A stretch of 64,000 nucleotides of DNA, taken from Spirochaetaceae bacterium. Lineage in GTDB: Bacteria > Spirochaetota > Spirochaetia > DSM-2461. The position numbers and the translations under genes are program-made. The stretch lies in assembly GCA_965224705.1 (NCBI GenBank), contig OZ245056.1, positions 864,001 to 928,000 on the forward strand, read 5' to 3'. Positions 49,025-58,460 of the stretch are shown here, one piece after another. Under the pieces are notes generated by a model. It searched no databases, was not told the DNA's origin, and was given only the letters and a program-made list of their open reading frames with translations. Each line of letters begins with the position of its first letter. Position 1 is the stretch's first letter.

Positions 49025-50890
49025 TTATGAACCCAATGCCCTGGCCGTTACTCTGTTGACTCTGGAGGCAAAACCCACCGGATCTTTCAGAACAACTCCT
49101 TCGACCAGAAGTGCTTCCTCATAAAGAAGATGGGCAATATCATCACTCAACTCCTTATCCGGGGTATCACCGATACCCTTCACTACAGGATGATTGGGGT
49201 TTATTTCAAGGATGAACGTAGCCTCGGGAATATCCGTCTGACCCATGGACTTGAGCATCTGCCTCATGTGTGCGGTAGGGTCTCCATCGTCGGTAACCAG
49301 GCAACTCGGTGCATCTGTGAGACGTGGAGAAGAAATCACATCTTTCACTGAATCGCCAAGAACTTTTTTGATCTTATCGATGATGGGCCGGGCATCTTTT
49401 TCTTTTTTCTTATCCTCATCTGTTTTAAGTTCATCCAGGGCCCCGGATCGGTTAATTGCTTTAAATTCTTTTTCCTCAAGCGGCCCTATCGCCGGCGTAA
49501 CAATTTCATCGACCTCATCATCCATGATAAGAACTTCATAACCCTTATCTTTGTAGGCTGTGAGTAATGGCGATTTTCTCAAAGAGGCCTCGTTTTCACC
49601 TGTTAAGAAATAAATCGATTTCTGGCTTTCCGGCATTCGCGCCTTATAGGCCGCCAGACTTGTCCACCCTTCAACCGCAGTAGATTTGTACCGTACAAGT
49701 TCAAGAAGATCATCCCGGTGTGCCCAGTCCGAATACAGGCCTTCCTTCAGGGGTCTGTTATACTGGGCAATGAAGTCGGCATAAGTTTCCTCGTTTTCTG
49801 AGAGCTTCTTGAACTCTGAGAGGAGTTTTTTTACCGAAGACTCACGGATTTTATTCATAATCTTATTCTGTTGAAGGATTTCCCGGCTGACGTTCAGAGG
49901 CAAATCTTCAGAGTCAATAATACCCCGAATGAAACGCAGCCACACCGGCATGAGCTCTTTTTCGTCATCAGTGATGAATACACGTTTAACATACAGCTTC
50001 ACACCGGGCCGATAGTTGGCCTGATACATATCAGAGGGAGCCGTTTTGGGAATGAAAAACAAGGTTGTGTACTCCAGAGTCCCTTCGGCACTTGTATGAA
50101 TTTTAAGCATGGGATCCTCGGTATCATGTCCTATGGTTTTATAGAATTCATTATACTCTTCATCCTTGATGTCATTCTTGGAACGCTTCCAGAGGGCACT
50201 GGCCGCATTGACCTGTTCATCTTTCATCTCTGTTTTTTTCTTGTCATCACTGACTGTTGTTTCTTCCCAGTGGAGATGAATCGGGAAAACTATGTGGTCT
50301 GAGTATTTCTTAATGATGTTTCGTATCTGCCATTGAGATTTGAACTCTTTTCCTGTCTCGTTGAAGTGAAGTATAACCGTAGTACCCTGATTCGCACGCT
50401 CGGATTCTTCCACCGAATAGCCGGATTTCCCATCGCTTACCCATTTCCAGGAATGTTCCTCACCGGCCCTGCGGGAGATGACTTCCACTTCATCGGCCAC
50501 CATGAAGCAGGAATAAAAACCAACTCCGAATTTACCGATGAGGTTTGAATCCTTTTTTGCATCGCCGGAAAGAGTTTCCAGGAAGCTCTTTGTACCGGAA
50601 CGGGCTATGGTTCCCAGTGAATCGGCAAGGTCATCTTTGTCCATACCAATGCCATTATCCTCAATAACCAGTGTATTCTCACCGGCACCATTGATCCGGA
50701 TATGAATACATGGTTCGAATTTGAGCTGTTTCAAATCTTCATCGGTCAAAGAAAGATACTTCAACTTGTCTAATGCATCTGAAGAATTGGAAATGAGTTC
50801 TCTCAGAAATATTTCACTGTGAGAATAAAGGGAATGTACGAGAAGGTTGAGAAGCTGACTCACCTCTGTCTTGAATTTTTTCCTGGCCAT
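49025..50890 (-). CDS. htpG: Molecular chaperone HtpG (Hsp90)
   Basis: HSLYSHSEIFLRELISNSSDA, DNGIGM, IGKFGVGFYS, DLPLNVSREILQ. Confidence 0.97.
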   Translation of the reverse strand: MARKKFKTEVSQLLNLLVHSLYSHSEIFLRELISNSSDALDKLKYLSLTDEDLKQLKFEPCIHIRINGAGENTLVIEDNGIGMDKDDLADSLGTIARSGTKSFLETLSGDAKKDSNLIGKFGVGFYSCFMVADEVEVISRRAGEEHSWKWVSDGKSGYSVEESERANQGTTVILHFNETGKEFKSQWQIRNIIKKYSDHIVFPIHLHWEETTVSDDKKKTEMKDEQVNAASALWKRSKNDIKDEEYNEFYKTIGHDTEDPMLKIHTSAEGTLEYTTLFFIPKTAPSDMYQANYRPGVKLYVKRVFITDDEKELMPVWLRFIRGIIDSEDLPLNVSREILQQNKIMNKIRESSVKKLLSEFKKLSENEETYADFIAQYNRPLKEGLYSDWAHRDDLLELVRYKSTAVEGWTSLAAYKARMPESQKSIYFLTGENEASLRKSPLLTAYKDKGYEVLIMDDEVDEIVTPAIGPLEEKEFKAINRSGALDELKTDEDKKKEKDARPIIDKIKKVLGDSVKDVISSPRLTDAPSCLVTDDGDPTAHMRQMLKSMGQTDIPEATFILEINPNHPVVKGIGDTPDKELSDDIAHLLYEEALLVEGVVLKDPVGFASRVNRVTARALGS

Positions 50891-51013
50891 TTGTACCTCT
50901 AAATCTTATCTTTCGGAAAGTAAGATACCAAAGGTTGAAGATGGCTGGCAAGTCTTTTTTTATTTTAGTGACTCAGAGTCCTTGCAAACATTGTAAACGT
51001 GGTATTAGGATGA

Positions 51014-52288
51014 TTGCATGGTCGATCAACTACTTTTCTGATGATTATCTGGCCCGCCGTATCACTTGCCGTACTCCTGCTTCTATCCAGCCTGTTTTCA
51101 TCACTGGAAACAGCCTACACATCACTATCCCAGTGGCAGATCAATGCACTGGCAGAAAACTATGGACGCCGGGGATTGATGGTCAAAAAACTCACTGAAA
51201 GGCCGGAAATTCTTCTAACAACTTTGCTCATTGGAAACAACCTGGCAAATCTGGGAGCTTCAGCCCTTACCACAGCGATTACGATTGAATTCATCGGAAA
51301 CACCTTTGTTGCGGTTACAACGGGCGTTCTCACGTTCATTGTCCTTGTTTTCTGTGAAGTATCACCAAAACAAATTGCCCTTGCGATTAATGAGAAACTG
51401 TGTCTGAGAAGTGCCGGAAGCATAATAATTCTTGCCTGGCTTCTCAGGCCAATCATCTGGCTTATTGGAGCCATCAGCCGAAGCATTACCCATTTGTTTG
51501 CTGGTCAAGCCAGGAAATCCCTCTCCCTGGAGATGCTGCTGCACCATGTGAAGGCTGCCGGGCATGAGGGAATTGTAGAATCGTATGAAGAAAAAATGGT
51601 TCGCAACGTGTTCAGGATTAATGATACACCTGTAGAAGCCATCATGACTCATCGGACCGATCTCTTCACTGTCAATGAAGAAACCAGTGTTGAACAAGCT
51701 CTGGATGGATTCATGAAAACCGGTTATTCCCATGCACCTGTGCTGAGAGGTGATTCAGAACATGTTTCCGGTATTGTATCCTTTACCGATGCAGCCGCAG
51801 CTGTCAAAAATAACCCGAGCAGTTCCGTTAAGCACATAGCATCTCCACCCAAACTTGTTCCGGGAACCATGAAGGCTCATGAGTTTTTCTTCCAGTTGAA
51901 AAAGGAATCTGTTCACCTAGCTGTTGTTCTTGATGAATACGGAGGCCTGGACGGGGTTGTTACCCGTGAAGATGTGATTGAAGAAATCTTTGGAGACCTG
52001 TATGACGAGGGGGAAACCCATGCCGCCGACCCCATCAGCACGGACGGAGATGGGTACTGGATCATCCAGGGAGATACCGATTTTTACGATATCAGCGATG
52101 TACTCGGGCTGGAACTGGAACATGACAGCCGTACTCACACCCTGGGGGGGTACCTGCTTGAAAAACTCGGTAAAATACCGGAGCCGGGCACGGTAATTGA
52201 GTTGCCTGAGGGACGCTATGATATTCTTAAGACATTTAGAAACCGCATCTCTTCCGTCCGTTTTCAACCAAAACAGACGAGCATCTGA
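51014..52288 (+). CDS. CNNM/hemolysin-family protein (DUF21-CBS-CorC)
   Basis: FSSLETAY, LLIGNNLAN, EVSPK, VLDEYGG, EDVIEEIFG. Confidence 0.9.
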   Translation: MHGRSTTFLMIIWPAVSLAVLLLLSSLFSSLETAYTSLSQWQINALAENYGRRGLMVKKLTERPEILLTTLLIGNNLANLGASALTTAITIEFIGNTFVAVTTGVLTFIVLVFCEVSPKQIALAINEKLCLRSAGSIIILAWLLRPIIWLIGAISRSITHLFAGQARKSLSLEMLLHHVKAAGHEGIVESYEEKMVRNVFRINDTPVEAIMTHRTDLFTVNEETSVEQALDGFMKTGYSHAPVLRGDSEHVSGIVSFTDAAAAVKNNPSSSVKHIASPPKLVPGTMKAHEFFFQLKKESVHLAVVLDEYGGLDGVVTREDVIEEIFGDLYDEGETHAADPISTDGDGYWIIQGDTDFYDISDVLGLELEHDSRTHTLGGYLLEKLGKIPEPGTVIELPEGRYDILKTFRNRISSVRFQPKQTSI

Positions 52289-53266
52289 TTAATGAACGAT
52301 GGAGGGGGACTCAACCTCAACATGGAAATCAGGGTGAAGTTTGCTTTTGAGAATGCTCTCGATGAATCCCAGTGTACCCATGGAAGAACTCGTACAGCCA
52401 AGACAGGCTCCCCGATAGGCAATAGTGACTCTGGGAATTCCATTCTCTACAGCGAAATCCTCAACATCGATATCACCTCCATCCTGGTGCAGGGATGGCC
52501 TTATCTCGGCATCCAGAACTCTTTCAATAACCTTGAACTGTTTGAAAGAACTCATTTCCATGAAGGGAAGATCCTCCCAGGCGGCTGATTCCTTCTCCAT
52601 TTCATCCCTGGTTTCAGCAAGGATGTCCGTAAGATACCATTTACGCTTTTCATGTCCTCCAGGCTTGATGCAGGATTTACAGAATGCTCCAGCCTTTGTG
52701 TAGTTTGTAATCTCATCAATGCTTTGCAGATTGTTCAAGCGGATGATTTCCCGGATGGACGACAGTGTCACCCGTGCACATTCACAAACAATTTCAGCAT
52801 CCTCAATAACAGCAATGGGAACCCCTTTCCAGGCGGCAGCAGCGGCTTTTATCACACCGTAGGCCATTACCGAACAATGCATTTTCTGGGGGGGGACTGC
52901 GGGGGTGTCCGGTTCATCCCGGAGGGCCTGCTCCACATCAATGTTCGTAATTTTCAGTGCCTCATCCACCGTTTTACCTATGCAGAGCTCTGCCATCATA
53001 TCGCTGGAAGCAATGGCCGTGCCGCAGCCGAAACTCTTAAAACGGGCATTGAGTATTCTGCCTGTATCCGGTTCAACAGACCAGTAAAGCCTGACGGCAT
53101 CTCCACAGGATTCCGCCCCATGATCCGCAACGATCAGTTTGCTTCCGGCTGCCTGTGCTTCCTCTTCGGTAATTGTTCCCATGTATTGTGGATTGTTCAT
53201 CCGGTCGGCAACCTTATCTGAATAATTTGTCCACAAAGATCCGCCTGTTAAATCACTTTTTGACAT
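52289..53266 (-). CDS. nifU: Three-domain Fe-S scaffold NifU
   Basis: SCGDAV, FGCGTAIASS, KMHCS; CECARV..CKSC; DGGD..GACLGC. Confidence 0.92.
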   Translation of the reverse strand: MSKSDLTGGSLWTNYSDKVADRMNNPQYMGTITEEEAQAAGSKLIVADHGAESCGDAVRLYWSVEPDTGRILNARFKSFGCGTAIASSDMMAELCIGKTVDEALKITNIDVEQALRDEPDTPAVPPQKMHCSVMAYGVIKAAAAAWKGVPIAVIEDAEIVCECARVTLSSIREIIRLNNLQSIDEITNYTKAGAFCKSCIKPGGHEKRKWYLTDILAETRDEMEKESAAWEDLPFMEMSSFKQFKVIERVLDAEIRPSLHQDGGDIDVEDFAVENGIPRVTIAYRGACLGCTSSSMGTLGFIESILKSKLHPDFHVEVESPSIVH

Positions 53267-53289
53267 TTCTATTCCTCCTGACAGCACTT

Positions 53290-54456
53290 CTAATAAGTAC
53301 TCGAAATTGAACGGAGCCGCTCCACCGTTGTGTGTACGGCCTCCAGAACTGTATCAATCTCCTCTTCCGTTGTATATCGGGACAAACTGAACCGCACAGC
53401 TGTATGAGTTAAATCATCATCAAGTTCCATCGCCTTGAAAGTTGCATCAGCCTCCAGTGTTTCCGATGAACAGGCACTCCCGGTGCTGGCTGCAATGCCA
53501 AGCCGATCCAGATCCCATATAAATGCTTCCCCTTCAATCCCCTTGAAACTTGCCAATATGGTGTTGGGAGTTCTATGCCTCCGACTCCCTGTCACTTTGG
53601 TCTGAGGTATGGAAAGAATACCGTCTTCCAGTCGATCCCTCAATTCACGGGTCATGGTATCCTGGTAATTAAGGGCACCCGCGGCGAGTTCCATCGCCTT
53701 TCCCAAACCGACGAGGAAGGCAACATTCACTGTTCCTGCACGGTGTCCGCCCATTTGCGTTCCACCATGCAGCAGGGGTGTGAGTTGTCTGTTCTTTCTG
53801 ATAAAGAGTCCTCCGACACCCTTGGGTCCATGAAACTTATGTCCGGAAAAAGTAAGGAAGTCAGCCGACACCTCGCGAAGATTGACCGGAATCTTACCAA
53901 TGGCCTGTACGGCATCAGTATGGAAGAGCACACCCCTTTCATGACAGAATTCGGCCAGTTCTTTCACTGGATTTATCAAACCCGTTTCGTTATTGGCCCA
54001 CATAATACTCACAAGTGCTGTTTTAGAGGGATCAAAATCCTTCGCCAGAATCTCGGGAGTTATCAATCCATCACTATCGGGTGCCAGCCGGACGACTTCC
54101 ACACCCAGTGATTCCAGCCAATCAGCACTATGGGCAACACAGGGATGTTCCAATTGAGTTGTAACGATGCGTGTTTTATTCCCGTTGAGAATTTCGTCAA
54201 ACCAGACGCCTTTCAGAACTGTGTTGTTCCCTTCCGTAGCACATCCATTGATCACCACATCATCTTCATCTTCAGCACCAATACAGTTGTATATCTGGTC
54301 CAGGGCCCAATGCATTCCGGGATGTGTCTCTGTACCAAATTCATGGAGGGAGTTCGGATTACCATACAACTGGAGCCAATATGGTTCCATGGCCTGCAGC
54401 ACTCCTGGATCAACTATCGTTGTTGCATTATTATCCATGTAAATTCTATTCATCAT
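53290..54456 (-). CDS. nifS: Cysteine desulfurase NifS
   Basis: DNNATT, HTDAVQ, SGHKFHGPKG, STGSACSS. Confidence 0.92.
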   Translation of the reverse strand: MMNRIYMDNNATTIVDPGVLQAMEPYWLQLYGNPNSLHEFGTETHPGMHWALDQIYNCIGAEDEDDVVINGCATEGNNTVLKGVWFDEILNGNKTRIVTTQLEHPCVAHSADWLESLGVEVVRLAPDSDGLITPEILAKDFDPSKTALVSIMWANNETGLINPVKELAEFCHERGVLFHTDAVQAIGKIPVNLREVSADFLTFSGHKFHGPKGVGGLFIRKNRQLTPLLHGGTQMGGHRAGTVNVAFLVGLGKAMELAAGALNYQDTMTRELRDRLEDGILSIPQTKVTGSRRHRTPNTILASFKGIEGEAFIWDLDRLGIAASTGSACSSETLEADATFKAMELDDDLTHTAVRFSLSRYTTEEEIDTVLEAVHTTVERLRSISSTY

Positions 54457-54553
54457 TCATCCTATTTTTAACAATACCAGACCAGCATGAATTTGGCGAG
54501 TAGTAGAAAAGAAATTGCCTGGATAGGAAAAAATGAATATGCTATACCTTAAT

Positions 54554-55429
54554 ATGACCAGAACACCCCTGACTTACAGCCACCGTGAAGAAATCAACGA
54601 ACAGCTTGATGCTCTCGGCATGCATCTCTCTGAGTATTCCTTTCCAAACCTGTACCTTTTTAGAAACACCCATCACTACGAAGTGATCAAAACCGATTCC
54701 GGTACTTCTTTTATTTCAGGCCTGAGCTACGATAAAAAACGTTACATAATGCCCATGACCAGGCCAAAAGTTTCAGGCAAGTGTGATTTGAAAGAACTCA
54801 ATTCATTGCTTTCCACCGGTGAATGGGACTGCATCTTCCCGGTTCCTGAAGAATGGCTGGAATGCTTTGATGAGGAAGAATATCACTTTGAGTACAATCC
54901 AGATGATTCCGACTACCTTTATTACACGGACAAATTCAAAACCTACCCCGGGAAAAAAATGCACAAGAAGAGAAATCTGCTTAACCAGTTTGAACGCAAC
55001 AATGACATTCTGGTTACACCAATTACCGATGATGTACTCAATGAGGCCAGAACTGTCCTTGATCTCTGGCAGCAGACTTCACCCCAGGAGTTATCCACCA
55101 GTGACTACAGTCAATGCTTTGAAGCCCTCGACATGCGAAATGAACTCAATCTTACAGGCTTCATAGTGTTCTCCGAAGGCAAACCTGTGGGCTTTCTACT
55201 GGGAGAACCTCTCAATGACGAAACGTATACAATCCATTTTGCCAAGGCAGATATCTCATTTAAAGGTGCATATCAGTTTCTTTTCAGCCACTTTGCCAAC
55301 TGTTACTGCCCGAACTACCGCTACATGAATCAGGAGCAGGACATGGGCAATGAGGGTTTACGAAAGAATAAAATCTCCTATCGCCCGGACCTGATGGCCT
55401 GCAAGTATCGAGTGTCGCTGAATACTTGA
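54554..55429 (+). CDS. DUF2156 family protein (aminoacyl-PG synthase C-terminal-like)
   Basis: SEYSFPNLY, DYLY, KKRN, HFAKAD..KGAYQ, NQEQDMG..GLRKNKISYRP. Confidence 0.85.
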   Translation: MTRTPLTYSHREEINEQLDALGMHLSEYSFPNLYLFRNTHHYEVIKTDSGTSFISGLSYDKKRYIMPMTRPKVSGKCDLKELNSLLSTGEWDCIFPVPEEWLECFDEEEYHFEYNPDDSDYLYYTDKFKTYPGKKMHKKRNLLNQFERNNDILVTPITDDVLNEARTVLDLWQQTSPQELSTSDYSQCFEALDMRNELNLTGFIVFSEGKPVGFLLGEPLNDETYTIHFAKADISFKGAYQFLFSHFANCYCPNYRYMNQEQDMGNEGLRKNKISYRPDLMACKYRVSLNT

Positions 55430-55467
55430 CATAATTCGCATTAACATATTATATTTGTCTTACCGAA
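55427..55467 (+). promoter_or_regulatory. feo promoter with candidate DtxR/TroR-type box
   Basis: TTGACA at 55427 followed by an AT-rich -10 region; TTTGTCTTACCGAA at 55454-55467. Confidence 0.45.
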
Positions 55468-55533
55468 GTTTGTTGCCCTGGCAATGCTGCCGGTCCGATC
55501 ATGCGATTGACGCAGATTCTGGAGGAGAGGAGC

Positions 55534-55749
55534 ATGGGTCTACTTGAAGTAAAAAATGGATGCAAAGCTGTTATCGTCAGCATAGGTGGCGGGCATGCTG
55601 TAAGAAATAGACTTATAAACCTGGGGATTGTACCGGGAATACCGATAAGAATTGTCCGCAAAGATGGTCGAAATCCCATGATACTTTCCGTAATGGGACA
55701 CCAGGTGATGCTGGGCTACAGTCTGGCCAAAATGGTTGTTGTCCGATGA
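55534..55749 (+). CDS. feoA: Ferrous iron transport protein A
   Basis: RNRLINLGIVPG; AGGAG RBS. Confidence 0.85.
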   Translation: MGLLEVKNGCKAVIVSIGGGHAVRNRLINLGIVPGIPIRIVRKDGRNPMILSVMGHQVMLGYSLAKMVVVR

Positions 55750-55763
55750 TGCTGCATTCTCGA

Positions 55764-55916
55764 ATCTTACAGAAATCTCCAGAGGGTGACCCCTCCCGCT
55801 CAGGGCCCGACTTGATCTTTTGCACAATTCCGGCATTCGAAAAAACGCAGCCGCGGTCCTCCCTGCGGCAGGCGGAAAACTCTTCGCCGGATTCCAGAAG
55901 CAGGATTTCTGAAGAT
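55764..55916. repeat. About 150-bp spacer bounded by inverted repeats (possible degenerate MITE)
   Basis: ATCTTACAGAAATC ... GATTTCTG-AAGAT. Confidence 0.45.
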
Positions 55917-56184
55917 GTCTTTACCTGATTTCAAGGAAATCCAGATTGGGGAACAGGCGAGAATCGTTGGCTACGATTTAACCGAAAACAGTTATCGGCG
56001 CAAGCTTCTGTCGATGGGGCTGACCAGGGGAACTGTGTTCACATTGACCAGAATTGCGCCAATGGGTGATCCCGTAGAAATCGAGATCATGGGATACAAA
56101 CTGACCCTGCGCAGAAGTGAAGCCGATATACTGCAGATAGAAAGGGTGAATCCAATGAAATCTCAACCCCTGGACAGGCAATGA
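55915..56184 (+). CDS. feoA: Ferrous iron transport protein A
   Basis: RRKLLSMGLTRG, APMGDP, LTLRRSEA. Confidence 0.92.
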   Translation: MSLPDFKEIQIGEQARIVGYDLTENSYRRKLLSMGLTRGTVFTLTRIAPMGDPVEIEIMGYKLTLRRSEADILQIERVNPMKSQPLDRQ

Positions 56185-58400
56185 GTCAGTATTCCATTGC
56201 TGTTGTTGGAAATCCCAACTGCGGGAAATCAACTCTGTTTAACAGCCTTACCGGCAGCAATCAACGCATTGGTAACTGGCCGGGTGTTACCGTAGAGAAA
56301 AAATCAGGCATGCTTCTTGGATCGGAAAACATTGAGGTAATTGATTTACCAGGCATTTACTCTTTGAATATCGGCAGTGAAGATGAGATGATTGCCCGTA
56401 ATCATGTTCTTTCCGACGAAACAGATCTGGTCATCAATATAGTGGACGCATCAAACCTTGAAAGAAATCTGTTTCTAACACTCACCCTGATGGAAATGGG
56501 AAAATCAATGATACTTGTCCTTGGCATGAAGGATCTGGCTGAGAAAAAAGGTATGCTTGTGGATGCTGAGGCTCTTGCCCGGGCGCTTTCCATTCCGACT
56601 ATTTTAATCAACACCCTTAATAGCGTTGACACCCGGGATGTCCGTCGGCTCATAAAACAATGCCTGATTGAACTGAAACCGATGAAATCCAGGGTGACGT
56701 ATCCCGAAAGCATTGAAACCATTCTCTCCCAATGGTCTTCCAGATCAACGTCAATTTCCAGGCAGACAGCAATAATGCTCCTTGAGGAAGATGAGGAAAC
56801 AACCGCCAGAGTTATCAGTACGGGTGTCATTTCCCCACAGGAGATTCGGACTGGCATAGAAACTGTCAGAGAAAAGAACGGTGATTTCCCGGATGTGGTG
56901 ATTGCTGAAACAAAATTTGCCTGTATTATCTCCATTCTCAAGGGTGTCGTGGGGAAAACAAAAGGCATAACAGCGGCTACGGATAAAATCGACCGAATTG
57001 TTCTCAATAAGTGGGCAGGTGTTCCCGTTTTTCTTATGATCATGTTCCTGCTCTTCTGGACTGTCACCAATATCGGCGGTGCATTCATTGATTTCTTCGA
57101 CATTCTCTTCGGAGCCGTGTTTGTGGATGGATTCAGTCTGGTATTGAGTTCAATTGGTTCTCCACAGTGGCTGGTTACCCTCCTTGCAGGAGGTGTCGGG
57201 GCTGGAATTCAAACAGTGGCCACATTCATTCCCATTGTTTTTTTTATGTTTCTGATGCTTTCAATACTGGAAGATTCCGGGTATCTGGCAAGGGCTGCCT
57301 TTGTAATGGACCGGTTCATGCAGAGAATAGGACTGCCTGGAAAGGCATTTGTCCCCATGCTTGTAGGGTTTGGGTGTACTGTGCCGGCTGTCATGGCCAC
57401 ACGAACTCTGGAGAACAAGAAGGATAAATACCTCACCATCTTCATGGCACCATTCATGTCCTGCGGAGCCCGGCTGCCCGTTTATGCCCTGTTTGGAGCG
57501 GCTTTTTTTGGTTCCCGTGCCAGCCTGATGATCTTTTCCATTTACCTTACGGGATTTTTTCTGGCCATACTCACCGGACAGATCCTTAAAAGGACTCTTT
57601 TTCGAGGTGAAGTATCTCATTTTGTTATGGAGTTGCCTCCATACCACATACCACAGTTTAAAACGATAATGAGCAGGACATGGGACCGACTGAGAGTCTT
57701 CATTTTCCGGGCCGGCAAAGTGATCGTTGTTGCGGTACTCATTTTATCCTTTTTCAACTCGCTTGGAGTGGATGGCAGTTTCGGAAATGAAGACAGCAAA
57801 AACTCAGTTCTGGGAGCTGTGAGTACGGCTGCTACACCTGTCTTTGAACCGATGGGTATTGACAGAAAGAACTGGCCGGCCACCATTGGTCTGGTTACCG
57901 GTCTATTTGCCAAGGAAGCCATAGTCGGCACCATAACCGGCCTTTACGGTCAGATGGCTGCAGCGGAAGAAGTTGATTTCTCCCTGGTCACTGCTGTTGT
58001 TAACGCTTTTAAAAGTATCGTCGGCGGCCTTGGACGTCTTATCGCCCTTCCAGCCGATCTGCTGGGAATGGAAGAAATCTCCAGGGAATCAGCTGTTTTT
58101 GATCAGTTGAGGTTGTCGTTTGATAACGACTGGACACGTGCCTTCGCCTACCTGCTTTTTGTACTCATATACTTCCCCTGCGTCGCTGCATTTGGAGCCA
58201 TTGTCCGGGAAATTGGGATCGGTTACGGCTGGCTGGCGATTACTTATCTCACAATCCTTGCCTGGAGTGTTGCCACCCTGTTTTTCCAGATTGCAACGGG
58301 CCACAATATCTTCTGGATTGGATTTGCAGTCCTGCTCGTTGGCCTGTTTATTCCAGTGTTCAATCTCGTCAGTAAACGATGGAACTGGAGCAGGAAATGA
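56181..58400 (+). CDS. feoB: Ferrous iron transport protein B
   Basis: GNPNCGKS, GNWPGVTVEKK, DLPG, LEDSGYLAR, GFGCTVPA, PFMSCGARLP, YFPC. Confidence 0.96.
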   Translation: MSQYSIAVVGNPNCGKSTLFNSLTGSNQRIGNWPGVTVEKKSGMLLGSENIEVIDLPGIYSLNIGSEDEMIARNHVLSDETDLVINIVDASNLERNLFLTLTLMEMGKSMILVLGMKDLAEKKGMLVDAEALARALSIPTILINTLNSVDTRDVRRLIKQCLIELKPMKSRVTYPESIETILSQWSSRSTSISRQTAIMLLEEDEETTARVISTGVISPQEIRTGIETVREKNGDFPDVVIAETKFACIISILKGVVGKTKGITAATDKIDRIVLNKWAGVPVFLMIMFLLFWTVTNIGGAFIDFFDILFGAVFVDGFSLVLSSIGSPQWLVTLLAGGVGAGIQTVATFIPIVFFMFLMLSILEDSGYLARAAFVMDRFMQRIGLPGKAFVPMLVGFGCTVPAVMATRTLENKKDKYLTIFMAPFMSCGARLPVYALFGAAFFGSRASLMIFSIYLTGFFLAILTGQILKRTLFRGEVSHFVMELPPYHIPQFKTIMSRTWDRLRVFIFRAGKVIVVAVLILSFFNSLGVDGSFGNEDSKNSVLGAVSTAATPVFEPMGIDRKNWPATIGLVTGLFAKEAIVGTITGLYGQMAAAEEVDFSLVTAVVNAFKSIVGGLGRLIALPADLLGMEEISRESAVFDQLRLSFDNDWTRAFAYLLFVLIYFPCVAAFGAIVREIGIGYGWLAITYLTILAWSVATLFFQIATGHNIFWIGFAVLLVGLFIPVFNLVSKRWNWSRK

Positions 58401-58460
58401 TTGGAAAATAGTGACAGTTCCCCATTCTCAATCCCTGTGAATCATGGTAGATTTCTCTCC

